Part shown: piece after piece, positions 29,652 to 40,400 of the stretch
How the letters are laid out: each line of letters opens with the position of its first letter
Position numbering within the stretch: position 1 is the first letter of the stretch
Assembly (NCBI GenBank): GCA_016927655.1
Contig: JAFGMG010000005.1
Location: 75,991 to 139,990 of the forward strand
DNA from: Candidatus Dojkabacteria bacterium
Lineage (GTDB): Bacteria; Patescibacteriota; Dojkabacteria; B142; JAFGMG01
DNA: 64,000 nt
Direction: 5' to 3'
Program-made: the position numbers and the translations under genes
The notes under the pieces: generated by a model
What the model saw: the letters and a program-made list of their open reading frames with translations, nothing else
Database searches by the model: none
Told to the model about the DNA's origin: nothing

Positions 29652-30233
29652 TTACTTCCAGATCGTTTCTTCTGTTTTTGTGATTTTGTTGATCAGTCTT
29701 GCCTGGATAAAAAGCCAGTCACTGAGGCGGTTGAGGTATTTAAGGGTGTTTGGATTTACTTTCGCGCCTTTTTGAAGGCGGACGAGATTGCGCTCTGCTC
29801 TTCTTGCTATGCTTCTTGCGATTTGAATATTTGCTGCAATTTTATGCCCGCCAGGCAAGATGAAATTTTTTAGCGGAGTTAGTTTTTTATCTGCTTCGTC
29901 AATTTCAAATTCGAGCTTGGCGATGTATTTGGCCGGTATTCTAGAGATGCTTTTTTGAAGAGACGTGCTTGCATTAAATGGTGTTGCGATATCTGCGCCA
30001 AGCTCAAATAATTCACCCTGGAGTCGCCTAAGATTTGAGTGAATCCCCAAAACGACTTTTTCTGAATTATTTTCCTTTTCAAAACTGCTAAGATTTGAGA
30101 CTATCAGCCCAATCTGTCCATTCAGCTCGTCCAGGCAGCCAATCACTTCAAGCCTGACAATTGATTTGCTGACCCGCCTGCCTCCAAGGATTGAAGTCTG
30201 CCCGTCATCGCCTGTTTTGGTGTAGATTTTCAT
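29652..30233 (-). CDS. PduO-type ATP:cob(I)alamin adenosyltransferase
   Basis: The N-terminus (MKIYTKTGDDGQTSILGGRRVSKSIVRLEVIGCLDELNG) is the hallmark of the PduO/MMAB adenosyltransferase family. Length is ~190 aa. Confidence 0.85.
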   Translation of the reverse strand: MKIYTKTGDDGQTSILGGRRVSKSIVRLEVIGCLDELNGQIGLIVSNLSSFEKENNSEKVVLGIHSNLRRLQGELFELGADIATPFNASTSLQKSISRIPAKYIAKLEFEIDEADKKLTPLKNFILPGGHKIAANIQIARSIARRAERNLVRLQKGAKVNPNTLKYLNRLSDWLFIQARLINKITKTEETIWK

Positions 30234-30913
30234 TCGTACTTTTCTAAACTGATTCTCTCGATTTTCACATCCTCAAGAGGTTTGTCATTTGCGTCGGTTT
30301 TTACGCCGGCGATTTTTTCGACTACATTCATTCCCTTGATTACCTGCGCAAAAATTGTGTATTCTCCATCAAGACTAAGGGCTCCTGTGTCGTTTTGCAC
30401 GATATAAAATTGACTGCCGGAAGACTTTTTCTCAGGGTTTACGAAATCGCTTTGTCTTGCGGTAGCTACTGCGCCGGCTGTGTGGGTAAGATACGGGGAA
30501 ATCTCCGCGTCTACAGTGTAGCCTGGCCCGCCAGAGCCTGTGCCGTCTGGATCTCCTCCCTGGATCATAAAGCCTGCAATGATTCTATGAAATATCAAGT
30601 CATTATAAAATCCTTCTCCTGCGAGTTTTTTGAAATTTGCGACGGTATCTGGCGCTTCTTCTTCGAAAAATTTTATCTCTATATTGCCGTAATTTGTCTC
30701 AATAATTGCGATTTCTTCTCCCGCATCTGGGCAGGATTTTTGTCCTTCTTTGTTCTCGCAGTAATTATCAGGTGTAAGTTTTTGCATGGTTTGATCTGGT
30801 AATGAATTATCTACAATTTTCGAATCATTGCTATTCTGGCCATTTAGAGCTAATACCACAAGCACAGCTGCAATTACAAAAAAAACGATGATGAGAATTG
30901 TTTTATTATTCAT
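30230..30913 (-). CDS. Cyclophilin-type peptidyl-prolyl cis-trans isomerase, membrane-anchored or secreted
   Basis: An N-terminal TM is followed by cyclophilin motifs (FYNDLIFHRIIAGFMIQGGDP...GTGSGGPGYT). It overlaps the PduO gene by 4 nt, suggesting an operon. Confidence 0.85.
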   Translation of the reverse strand: MNNKTILIIVFFVIAAVLVVLALNGQNSNDSKIVDNSLPDQTMQKLTPDNYCENKEGQKSCPDAGEEIAIIETNYGNIEIKFFEEEAPDTVANFKKLAGEGFYNDLIFHRIIAGFMIQGGDPDGTGSGGPGYTVDAEISPYLTHTAGAVATARQSDFVNPEKKSSGSQFYIVQNDTGALSLDGEYTIFAQVIKGMNVVEKIAGVKTDANDKPLEDVKIERISLEKYE

Positions 30914-31026
30914 ATGTGAATTGTTAAATTAACCGGATTTCCATGAATTCTACATAATTCCTTCATGTTTTAGCAATCTTTTTGTGTTTAAATGTTTTGC
31001 AGATTTGCTAATGTTATAATGTAATT

Positions 31027-32085
31027 ATGAATCAAATGCAACTTCAAGTTAATTCTTTTGAGAGAATCAAGCACATTGATGAGAATGGCAATGAATATTG
31101 GCTGGCAAGGGAATTGATGCCTTTGTTGGAATATATGGAGTGGAGGAATTTCTTGAAAGTGATTAGGAAGGCAAGAATTTCGTTTGGAAAAACTTATCAA
31201 CAAATTGGCAGTCATTTTGTTAAAATCAACAAAAAGGTAACTATTGCTACTGGGACAAACAAACAAGCGTTGCGCCCAATTCTTGACTACAAACTCACGA
31301 GACGTGCTTGTTACATTATCGCTCAAAACGGCGACAGCTCAAAGGAAGCCATCGCTTTGGCGCAGAATTATTTTGCCGAACAGACGAGAAAAAGAGAGAT
31401 ACAAGAGGATTTAGATAAATTCCAGAAGCGTCTGCAGGCAAGAGAAAAGCTGAAGGAGACAGAGAAAAAGCTATCAGCGACACTTCAGGAACATGAAGTG
31501 CGCGACAGCGAAATAGGTCATATCCGCTCGGCTGGGGATGCGACACTTTTTGGTTTGAAAACCAGAGATATGAAGAAACGGCTGAGTGTGCCTGAAGGAA
31601 AACCCCTGGCAGACCATCTGCCGGTGATTTCTTTGAAAGCAAAAGACTTTGCAGCTGAAATGACAACTCATCAGACTGTCAAAAAAGGTCTGTTTGGCAA
31701 AGATCCGATTATGAACGAGCACGTACATAATAATAGAGAAATCAGAAGGCTTTTGACCTCAAATGGGATTTTCCCGGAAGAGCTTCCGCCTGAAGAGGAT
31801 ATAAATAAATTAAAGAACAAATTCCCTGAGAAAAAGAAACTGCCTGAGAATACTACCTATCCTGCAGATGAGCATTTTCTTGCGATGACTGATTTCTCTG
31901 TAGACATCACAGGAGTAAATGACAGGGAATTTATAAGTCAGTTACATGAAATTATTAAAATGAGCCCAGGTGAGTCTGAAATGAAAATATATTATGGCAG
32001 CCCTGATAAGCCGAAAATGGTGCGCAGAAAGGTTGAGCTATCTCAGGAATTACTGGGGTTTGTGAGGGATTATCTGATTTACTGA
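31027..32085 (+). CDS. dinD: DNA damage-inducible protein D-like (DinD family)
   Basis: The N-terminus (RIKHIDENGNEYWLARELMPLLEYMEWRNFLKVIRKA) and the downstream stretch (LTRRACYIIAQNGDSSKEAIALAQNYFAEQTRKREI) closely parallel E. coli DinD (EIRHYGTEGQEFWSARELAPLLGYRDWRNFQKV... / LSRYACYLVVQNGDP...QTYFAIQTRRQEL). The match was recalled from memory and not computed. Confidence 0.75.
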   Translation: MNQMQLQVNSFERIKHIDENGNEYWLARELMPLLEYMEWRNFLKVIRKARISFGKTYQQIGSHFVKINKKVTIATGTNKQALRPILDYKLTRRACYIIAQNGDSSKEAIALAQNYFAEQTRKREIQEDLDKFQKRLQAREKLKETEKKLSATLQEHEVRDSEIGHIRSAGDATLFGLKTRDMKKRLSVPEGKPLADHLPVISLKAKDFAAEMTTHQTVKKGLFGKDPIMNEHVHNNREIRRLLTSNGIFPEELPPEEDINKLKNKFPEKKKLPENTTYPADEHFLAMTDFSVDITGVNDREFISQLHEIIKMSPGESEMKIYYGSPDKPKMVRRKVELSQELLGFVRDYLIY

Positions 32086-32095
32086 ATTGATCCGC

Positions 32096-32974
32096 TTATT
32101 TAAATTCCAGAAGAAGTTCTGAAATATCTTTTTTCTCGACGTTGGAGACGAGATCTGGCTGATCTTTGATATGATTGATTCTCTGATAGAAATTTAGTTT
32201 TTCTTTGTTCTGATAAAGTATTCCTGTAGCGATTTTCTCTAATTGATCTCCTGCTCTTTCGTAGGCCAGCTTTAGATTTGTATTGTCATATGTATCATTT
32301 TCTTCAACCTTATAAACTCTATCTTTGTACCAGGCCTGATCCATAAACTGGTTGTATGTTGGACAGTGCTGGAGAACTTCCAGGTAGCTGAAGCCTTTGT
32401 GTTCTATTGCGGCTTTCAGGAGTCCGACTAGCTGTTTGAGATCTCCGGTAAAGCCTTTAGCGACAAAGCTTGGATTTAAAGTCAGCGCCAGCTGTGTTGG
32501 ATTGAGCCTGTCTTCGGCAACTCCAAATGGACTTGAGTTCATTTTCTGCCCTGTTGGCGTGGTTGGAGTTGCCTGTCCTGTTGTAAGACCAAAGTCACAG
32601 TTATTGTGCAGTATAAGAGTGATGTCGTAATTGCTTCTAAAGGCGTGTACAAAGTGCTGCATTCCTTCATCAAATGTTCCGCCGTCTCCTCCGACTGCGA
32701 TCACTGGGAGTCCCTGGTTAGCAAGCTTTATACCGGCTGCAACAGGAATTACTCTGCCGTGGAGACCTTTGAATACGTATGCGTTAATTTTATCCGCCAT
32801 ATTGCTGTTGCAGCCGATGTCAAAGCACAAAACTACCTCAGTCGGCGGAATATTCAGTTCGACAAGCGCCATTTTGATCGCTGTCCAGATTGCAAAGTCC
32901 CCGCATCCGGCGCACCAGGTCGGCTTTACTGGGCTTGCATAATCATTGATTTTTACATTTGTGTTTGCCTGCAT
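32096..32974 (-). CDS. 2-oxoacid:ferredoxin oxidoreductase, beta (TPP-binding) subunit
   Basis: The TPP-binding region reads CAGCGDF...GCNSNMAD...GLHGRVIPVAAGIKLANQGLPVIAVGGDGG. Length is ~290 aa, typical of the KorB / OFOR b-subunit. Confidence 0.85.
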   Translation of the reverse strand: MQANTNVKINDYASPVKPTWCAGCGDFAIWTAIKMALVELNIPPTEVVLCFDIGCNSNMADKINAYVFKGLHGRVIPVAAGIKLANQGLPVIAVGGDGGTFDEGMQHFVHAFRSNYDITLILHNNCDFGLTTGQATPTTPTGQKMNSSPFGVAEDRLNPTQLALTLNPSFVAKGFTGDLKQLVGLLKAAIEHKGFSYLEVLQHCPTYNQFMDQAWYKDRVYKVEENDTYDNTNLKLAYERAGDQLEKIATGILYQNKEKLNFYQRINHIKDQPDLVSNVEKKDISELLLEFK

Positions 32975-32985
32975 TGCTTTAATTT

Positions 32986-34791
32986 TCAGTTTTTAAACTG
33001 TTCTAGAATATCTTCTAAATAAAATGGCTTGCTGTCATAGCGTAAAATTCTATTCGTGAAATTTAGTCCGGTTTCTTTTTTGATCAATTCTGCAAACTGC
33101 CCTCGGATATTCTGTTCGACTACATAGACTTTATTTTCTTTGCCTGCAAGTTTCATCAGAGTCTCGGTTTTTAGCGGCCAGAGATAACTGAAATGAATTA
33201 TTTGAACTTTTTTGCCCTGCTCCCTTAGAATCTCAGCAGCGTCTTCTAGTGTGGTTTTATTTGAACCCCATGTGATGAATATGATATCTGCTGCGTCTAA
33301 ATCGGAATCTAAGCCTCCAATGATAGCAGGCTCAGGAAGAGCTGCTTTGAGAGTCTCAAATTTTTTGGTTCTTTTTTCAAATTGGACTTTGATAATTTTT
33401 TCATCTTCTGTTGAACGTCCCTTTTCATCGTGTTCGTCGCTATTTCCAATAAACGTAGAATTTACTGTGCTTTCAGGTGTGTCTGAGTGCTGGCCTGGAT
33501 ACCACCTTGGGCTGATGCCGTTTTCTGTAAGTTTGTATCTGAGCTCCATTCCTGTCATCAAGGCAGGATCAATCAATTCCCCGCGATTTATATCAATTTG
33601 GCTGACGTCAAAAGCCTTGGTAACATAAGAACTCTCTGCTATGTATTTTTCAGTAAGCAGCAAAACCGGAATCTGAAATTGCTCTGCAAAATTAAACGCC
33701 TGGCTGACAAGATAAAATGCGTCTGTAGCGTCGCTGATGCTCATTACAAGTCTTGGGAATTCGCCATGTCCGGTATTAATTGCCATATTCAGGTCTCCTT
33801 GCCCTGTCCAGGTTGGGGCTCCAGTTGCAGCTCCATGTCTTTGTCCAAGTACGGCAACAAATGGAGTCTCACTCATGCCGGAAAGCGAAATTGATTCGCT
33901 CATCAGATCAATTCCTCCGCCTGATGTCCCGCAAAGCGCTCTAGTTCCGGCAAAATTTGCTCCAATGCACATGTTTGCTGCGGTGATTTCATCTTCCGCC
34001 TGTTTGACAAGCATTCCGGATTTGTCTGCCCAGGCTGCCAGACTGGTCAAAATCGAGCTTGCCGGCGTCATTGGATATGAGCTGTAGATCTTCACTCCTG
34101 CTGCGATCGCCCCGAGAGATAGGGCTTCATTCCCGCTGATTACCAGATCATCTTGCGGGTTGATCTCTGATTGTCCGCTCGTTTCCATTCCTCCAGCTGC
34201 TGGCTGTCCAAGTTTTTTCTCGAGTAAATTCAAATCTTCTTTAATTGCCTCAAAACCTCCTGCTGCTGCCTTTTTATTTGCATCGATAATTTCTTCTGTC
34301 TTGTTGTAAACTTCCGCTATAATTTTCTGCAGAACTTCAAGTTCGAGCCCAATCGCTTTCCACATTGCACCTAGAGTGACAGTGTTTTTCATCAAGGCAT
34401 TCCCTCCGGCTTCTGTTGCAATATTGAGCATTGGCAGAGAATACAGTTTAACGCTGTATTTTTCTAGAAGAGCTATCTGGTCATCGTTTAGGGGGATTGC
34501 AGTATCGACTATCAAAATCCCTCCATCCTGGTCAAATTCGTCGATGTGCAGATCAATACTTTCTCCGTTTAAAGCAAGAAGTATGTCTGTGTCTTTTGTA
34601 ATTGAGCCGACTTTTTCATTACTGACTTCAATTTGGAAAACGTTGTGTCCTCCTCTAATCAGTGATGGATATTCGGTGTAGCCAAAGGTATGGTAGCCGG
34701 ATCTTTTGATCGCTTTGGAAAGAATCAGCCCGGAGCTTTTGATCCCCTGTCCTGCTGCCCCTGCAATTTTTATCGTCAAACGCTTCTGCAT
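32986..34791 (-). CDS. 2-oxoacid:ferredoxin oxidoreductase, fused gamma-alpha subunit (two-subunit OFOR type)
   Basis: The N-terminal gamma-domain signature reads KIAGAAGQGIKSSGLILSKA...TEYPSLIRGG. An alpha (domains I-II) region follows and it sits immediately upstream of the beta subunit. The substrate (pyruvate, 2-oxoglutarate or 2-oxoisovalerate) cannot be called. Confidence 0.85.
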   Translation of the reverse strand: MQKRLTIKIAGAAGQGIKSSGLILSKAIKRSGYHTFGYTEYPSLIRGGHNVFQIEVSNEKVGSITKDTDILLALNGESIDLHIDEFDQDGGILIVDTAIPLNDDQIALLEKYSVKLYSLPMLNIATEAGGNALMKNTVTLGAMWKAIGLELEVLQKIIAEVYNKTEEIIDANKKAAAGGFEAIKEDLNLLEKKLGQPAAGGMETSGQSEINPQDDLVISGNEALSLGAIAAGVKIYSSYPMTPASSILTSLAAWADKSGMLVKQAEDEITAANMCIGANFAGTRALCGTSGGGIDLMSESISLSGMSETPFVAVLGQRHGAATGAPTWTGQGDLNMAINTGHGEFPRLVMSISDATDAFYLVSQAFNFAEQFQIPVLLLTEKYIAESSYVTKAFDVSQIDINRGELIDPALMTGMELRYKLTENGISPRWYPGQHSDTPESTVNSTFIGNSDEHDEKGRSTEDEKIIKVQFEKRTKKFETLKAALPEPAIIGGLDSDLDAADIIFITWGSNKTTLEDAAEILREQGKKVQIIHFSYLWPLKTETLMKLAGKENKVYVVEQNIRGQFAELIKKETGLNFTNRILRYDSKPFYLEDILEQFKN

Positions 34792-34810
34792 GGACTTATA
34801 TTAGTGTAGA

Positions 34811-35509
34811 TTAGTCGGTTGTGTCAACTGGAATTTTTATAGTGAAAATTGTAGGGTTTTTATTTGATGAAAGTTCAAGATTTCCTCTAAATGTTTCCTG
34901 AATGATTTTTCTGGAAACTGAGAGACCCAGTCCTGTGCCGAATTCGAATGGTTTGGTAGTGAAGTAGCTTCTAAAAATTTTCCTTGAATTTTCTTCCGGG
35001 ATGCCGATTCCAAAATCAACGATTTTTAGAATATACATATTCTTGATCATTCTTGAAATAATGTTAATCCGCCTTGTGCCTTTGTCAGTTATGGCGGTTA
35101 TCTCATCGTATGCATCGACTGAATTGCTTATCAGGTTTGCAACTACCTGGTTGAATTCTACCGGGTTGCCATAGATTTCACGCGATCGAAGATCGAAGTG
35201 GACTTTGACTTTGTTCCTGCGGATTTTGAAATTGAGAAGCCTTACGGCTTTGACGATCTCGTCGTTTGGGTTAAAGCGCAAACTGAAACCGTTTTGTTTA
35301 TTCAGCCTCAGATAATTATTAAGGATCAGATCAATCTGCTCGAGGCCGATAAGCGCCCCATCTATAAATTTCTCTGGATCCTGTCTGGTTTTAATAATTT
35401 CGAGATTTGTCTTGACACAGGTAAGCGGTGTTGCGATTTCATGTGAGAGACCTGCTGAAAATTCGGCTTTGTTGGCGAGTTTTTGCAGTTTTATTATTTG
35501 AGCGCTCAT
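34811..35509 (-). CDS. Orphan cytoplasmic histidine kinase core (HisKA plus HATPase_c, no sensor domain)
   Basis: The H-box (GLSHEIATPLT) and G2 box (GTGLGLSVSRKII) are present. At 232 aa it has no TM or sensor region and no adjacent response regulator. Confidence 0.75.
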   Translation of the reverse strand: MSAQIIKLQKLANKAEFSAGLSHEIATPLTCVKTNLEIIKTRQDPEKFIDGALIGLEQIDLILNNYLRLNKQNGFSLRFNPNDEIVKAVRLLNFKIRRNKVKVHFDLRSREIYGNPVEFNQVVANLISNSVDAYDEITAITDKGTRRINIISRMIKNMYILKIVDFGIGIPEENSRKIFRSYFTTKPFEFGTGLGLSVSRKIIQETFRGNLELSSNKNPTIFTIKIPVDTTD

Positions 35510-35549
35510 GATTGAGCATCTTTATAGCACAAAAAATAGCTTCTGCGCA

Positions 35550-35565
35550 TTGTATTGCAATACAA
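35550..35565. promoter_or_regulatory. Perfect 16-bp palindrome TTGTATTGCAATACAA (candidate operator), site 1
   Basis: Located in the divergent region between the histidine kinase (-) and the SPFH gene (+). The extended site reads cattgtattgcaatacaaatttt. An identical core recurs at 36558-36573 in the opposite extended orientation. Confidence 0.45.
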
Positions 35566-35672
35566 ATTTTGGGAGAAAATTGAGAAAAAATGCAGAATTC
35601 CTGGGTTTTAAGTGAAAATTTTAAAATAATCCTGTGCTATAATCAAGCGTATTACTTCTTATCAGCCTTCTT

Positions 35673-36452
35673 ATGGAATTCTTTTTGCTATTTTGTATTG
35701 GCGGACTTGGATTTATTATGATTTCGTTTCTGCCGCTTGTAATAAGGCAGGTAAATCAATATGAACGCGGGGTTTTGTTTATGCTCGGCCGTTATCAAAG
35801 GACACTTGAACCTGGGATTCATGTAGTAGTGCCAATCATCCAGAGAATGATGAAGGTTGATATCAGAACGAAGACGGTTGATCTGCAGGATCAGGAGGCA
35901 ATTACCAAAGATAATGTCTCGACCAGGATCAGCGCGGTACTCTATTACAAAATTTCAGAAGCCTCAAAAAGTATTATAGAAGTTGAAGATTATGCATGGG
36001 CATCGTCTCAGCTCGCAGAAACAACGATGAGAACTATTGTCGGGGAATTTGATCTGGATGAGCTTCTAGCTCATAGAGACAAAGTCGCGAGCAAAATCGA
36101 GCAGATCGTGGAGAAGACAACTGCTGCCTGGGGGGTCGAGGTGCAGGCGGTTGAGCTGAAAGATGTGATTCTGCCTGAGAATATGAAAAGAACGATTGCA
36201 AAGCAGGCGGAGGCCGAAAGAGAAAAGCGAGCGACGATTATCAATTCTGAAGGAGAAATGATAGCAGCAAAAAATCTTTCAAAAGCTGCAGAAACGATGG
36301 CAAATCATCCGGGAGCACTTCACCTGCGGACTCTAAATTCGATCAATGACATTTCCTCTGACCAGTCAAATACTGTGGTATTTGCGGTGCCGTTGGAGGC
36401 TCTAAGAGCACTTGAGGGAATTGGGAAAACCTTAGGTGGCGGGAAGAAATGA
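35673..36452 (+). CDS. SPFH / band-7 (stomatin-prohibitin-HflC/K-like) membrane protein
   Basis: An N-terminal TM precedes the SPFH domain (YERGVLFMLGRYQRTLEPGIHVVVPIIQRMMKVDIRTKTVDL...). The C-terminal coiled coil carries an EAEREKRA motif. Confidence 0.85.
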   Translation: MEFFLLFCIGGLGFIMISFLPLVIRQVNQYERGVLFMLGRYQRTLEPGIHVVVPIIQRMMKVDIRTKTVDLQDQEAITKDNVSTRISAVLYYKISEASKSIIEVEDYAWASSQLAETTMRTIVGEFDLDELLAHRDKVASKIEQIVEKTTAAWGVEVQAVELKDVILPENMKRTIAKQAEAEREKRATIINSEGEMIAAKNLSKAAETMANHPGALHLRTLNSINDISSDQSNTVVFAVPLEALRALEGIGKTLGGGKK

Positions 36453-36557
36453 TTCTCAGTGTAAAAGAGACAATATAGCCAAATAGAACTGCTATTGCTT
36501 TTCCTTAATCATTTCCGATCTCCCTGGGCAGAAATTATTCCGAAATCCTCAAAAATT

Positions 36558-36573
36558 TGTATTGCAATACAAT
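36558..36573. promoter_or_regulatory. Perfect 16-bp palindrome TTGTATTGCAATACAA (candidate operator), site 2
   Basis: It sits 51 nt upstream of the 36624 (+) start. The extended site (aaaatttgtattgcaatacaatg) is the reverse complement of the extended site 1. Confidence 0.45.
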
Positions 36574-36623
36574 GTTTTATCTTTTCCTTTCTGTTATAAC
36601 CTTTCACAAAGTCTATTCAAACA

Positions 36624-37445
36624 ATGTTTAAATCGGTAACTAAAGGGAGAAAGTTTCTTCTTCTTGGCTTCATTGCTTTGATATTTATTGCAGCTCTAAT
36701 AATCAACATTTTCCTGATACTAAATACACCAAAAGTAGAAAGTCCTAATGATTTTGCTAAAAGTGAGGAAGATGTTAATGATAAGCAAGCGGTCTCTCCG
36801 GATAATTCTAAAGTTCTTGATCTTAAAGCGACAGATAACAATTTTACATTAAGCTTATTGGATTCTAAGGGAGAAATACTCAAAGAGTTCGAATCAGACG
36901 AAATACTTGATGCAGCGTTTGGGATGAATAGTCTGATATATTATCAAAAAGCAGGAGATGATTTTGGGATTTACGCGTACCCTCTGGATTCCGGTACTCC
37001 AGTGAGAATAATAAACTCAATTGATCCGCAGTTTTTTTTAAATATTGCCTTTATTTCGGATGAGAAATATTTCTTTATAGAGCCAAAAACCGGCAAATAC
37101 GGTTTTGGATATGTTTCAGGCGGAGGAAATGAATATCTCGGACAGAAAACTTCAGGTGTAGAAAGCGTGGTTGAAACAAACATTGCCGCATTTTCAAATC
37201 CATTTGTATTGCCGGCTGGGGAAAATATATTTGTAATAACAAGATCCGTTGTCCAGGAGGAGATAAAACTTTTTATTGAGGCGTATCCGATAGATCAAAA
37301 GCCTTTCAGCAATCCGGTTTTTTCCGAAGAACTGGGTTCAGATTTTGGGCAGGAAATAGCAATAGACGTTGAGGGAGACAATCTGAAAATCAGGACATTT
37401 AATTTAGCTGTAAATATGCAAACTTTCGAAATTTCAAAAATATAA
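36624..37445 (+). CDS. Hypothetical membrane-anchored protein (273 aa)
   Basis: N-terminal TM (LLLGFIALIFIAALIINIFLIL). No recognised domain. Sits immediately upstream of the giant Rhs gene. Confidence 0.45.
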   Translation: MFKSVTKGRKFLLLGFIALIFIAALIINIFLILNTPKVESPNDFAKSEEDVNDKQAVSPDNSKVLDLKATDNNFTLSLLDSKGEILKEFESDEILDAAFGMNSLIYYQKAGDDFGIYAYPLDSGTPVRIINSIDPQFFLNIAFISDEKYFFIEPKTGKYGFGYVSGGGNEYLGQKTSGVESVVETNIAAFSNPFVLPAGENIFVITRSVVQEEIKLFIEAYPIDQKPFSNPVFSEELGSDFGQEIAIDVEGDNLKIRTFNLAVNMQTFEISKI

Positions 37446-37466
37446 AATATTATTTCACCTATCTAA

Positions 37467-40400
37467 ATGAAAAATCTCTTCCTGAAATTTAGACTCCCCG
37501 GTTTGTGTTTATTAATAGTTTCTGTAATAGCTGGCATAACTGTTTTGAATTATGTATCTTACAAGGATGCAAAGAACAGTGAACCTATTACTCTCCCGCA
37601 GGAGGAATACGTTCCTAATATTCCCAGGGTGGAGCCTATTAAAGTCGAAAATGAAAGAGATTTTGTTGAGAATCAAGTTCTTCTTACGTTTGAAAATGGA
37701 ACAAGTGAAGATGAAATAAATAAATATGTTGAATCTATCGGAGGTAAGGTCGAAGTAAATATAGATAAACTTGATTCTGTTGTTGTAAGCTTTTCAAGTA
37801 CTGTCCCTGATAAATTCCCGGAAAATACAATATTAGCTTCAAGCGAGAAGGACTATCTGGCAGTAGCTTTGGGAGATAAAGATAAGGGAGCCTCTAGTGA
37901 AAGTTATCAGCTATCTCAAAGTGAAATTGAGAATACAAATTATACAGATGAAGTAATAGTCGCTCCCCCACTTGATGTTCCAGAAGATGCATACAAACCT
38001 GTACAGCCGTTTAATGATCCTGAATATATCAATCAATGGGGAATGCAGGTGATGGGAATTGAAGATCTTTTAAGGCAAGATAAAAGTACACAGAAAGAAA
38101 CTATCGTGGCAGTTATTGATAGCGGCATTTGCATAGATCATCCGGATCTTGCCGGAAAGATTGTAAAAGGTTATGACTTTGTGGAAAATGATAATATCCC
38201 TCAAGATGATTTTGACCATGGCTGCGGTGTAGCTGGAATTATTGCAGCTAATATTGATAATGAAAATGCGATAACCGGTGCGGCTCCAAATGCAAAAATC
38301 ATGCCGCTTAAAGTTTTAGATTCTCAAGGAATCGGGCAATATTCTGATATAGCCTCTGCAATTATTTATGCAGTTGATCATAAGGCAAAATATGTAAATA
38401 TAAGCGCTGGTGGCATTCAAGATTCCATCCTTCTTAAAAAAGCAGTGGATTATGCGAAAAAAAATAATGTAGTGATAATTGCTGCTGCTGGTAATACTTA
38501 TTCTGAAGAAGCGCTCTACCCTGCAAGATATGAGAGTGTTATTTCCGTCGGCTCTATAGGGCAGAATTTTTATGTGAGTAATTTTTCAAGCAGAGACAAA
38601 GCTGTTGATTATTGGGCTCCTGGAGAGTCAATCGTTTCTCTAACAGCAGGCAATAGTACTAGCTATTTTTCCGGAACCAGTTTTGCAGCTCCATATATTA
38701 CAAGCTTGTATGTTGATGGAATCTTGAACAGCAAGACAAAATTGCATGGCGGAATGCCAACAGCAGAAGGGAATGTATTGAGTGTGAATTTTGATAGTGT
38801 CGGCACTGAGGTTATAGGCTGGGGAACAACTGAGTTCGATCCCAAAAATACAAAGGACAATCCACAGGAGGAATTCCTGACCGCTCAATCAAGTACAGCC
38901 TGTGTGACTCGTTATGATACTGGATGGTGGGCTGGTGCATATTGTTATATCCAGGGAACACTTCAAACAGGAACAAGCACTCAATACAAAATTGTAACAT
39001 CAGGCAAGACATATAATCTCAACCTCAGTAATGCATCACAATATTTAAATAAGACTGTAAAAGTTGAGGTTAAATACACAAGTCAATGGTCATTTACTGT
39101 ACTCTCAGTAACGTTGATAAATAATGTCCCGATTGGGTATTTTGATAATGTAGATATTTATACTTTAAAAGTAAATGGCTGGGCATTTGATCCTGATACT
39201 CCCTCTCAGTCAATAAATGTCCATGTTTATATCGATGGACCGGCAGGTTCTGGAGCCCCAGGGTATGCTGTTTTAGCTGGAAACTACCGCGGCGATGTAA
39301 ATGCTGTCTATGGAATTACTGGAAATCATGGTTTCTCCTGGCCCCTGCCCTCTCAATTTACTTCGGGAACCCATACTTTTTATGTGTATGCAATAAACAG
39401 CTGGGGTGGAGCAAACCCGCAGATAAGCAGATCCCCGCTTCAGGCGACAATTCCAGTTTTTGACTATGATCCCCCTTCAGATAAAATAACAAGCATTTCT
39501 AATAATACTTCTTTGTATGGGAAACTTGTACCTCAAGGGGAAAATGCAGAGAAATTGAGCGAGGCAAACACTAGCATATCTTATGAGGCTTCTGATCCAG
39601 ATGCTGATCCGGTAAACACAGCAACTGGATTTCTTGATTATTCAGTAAATGATATTGGTTATACAGAGATTAATGGTATCCCGTTTGATTTTATTAGGGC
39701 ATACAATTCTGACAGCAATTATTCAGGAATTTTGGGAACTGGCTGGCAGGCTTCTTTTGATATGAAGCTTATCGCTTCTGTGAAAAATGGTACATACGGA
39801 TGGACAGTGCTATTCCCTGATGGACATGGAGAGACATTTAATGAGCCTGATAATAATTATCGAACTTTTGATTATCAATTTACTAATGCGAATAGTGAAA
39901 ATAAAGGTACACTATTTAGATACGGAGCAACTGGCGGTCCTGCACCATGGGCTGTTATTTACATTGATTCGCAGACTGGAAAACAGTTTTCTTTCCGAGC
40001 AGAACGGGTGGCTGGAAGCATGTTCGGGAAAATGATCCAGATAAAAAACCCTGACGGTTCTGTTGTAGATTATTCTTATGATGCAAACGGAAAACTTTCA
40101 AGTGCGACTGAGCAGACTTTCGGCAGGAAATTTAATTTTTCAATTGATGCTTCGGGGAGGCTTACTACAATTACAGATGTTTTAGGTAGACCTGTTACTT
40201 ATAGTTATGATGCCAATGGTAAGCTGGCACAGGTAGTCAATACTTTAGGTGGTGTTACTAAATACTTCTATAATGCTGAGAATAAAATTCGGCGCATTGA
40301 GGATCCAAATGGGAACACAACTTATGAATTTGTTTATGACGGTTCTGGCAGGGTTAGTGCAAAAACTAATGGAACTGGACAGGTAACAACGTATTCTTAT

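Noticed and set aside
30914-31026. LexA/SOS box upstream of the dinD-like gene
   Set aside because: The promoter hexamers (ttgcag ... tataat) are visible. No CTGT-N8-ACAG or CGAAC-N4-GTTCG type palindrome is present, so SOS regulation cannot be claimed.
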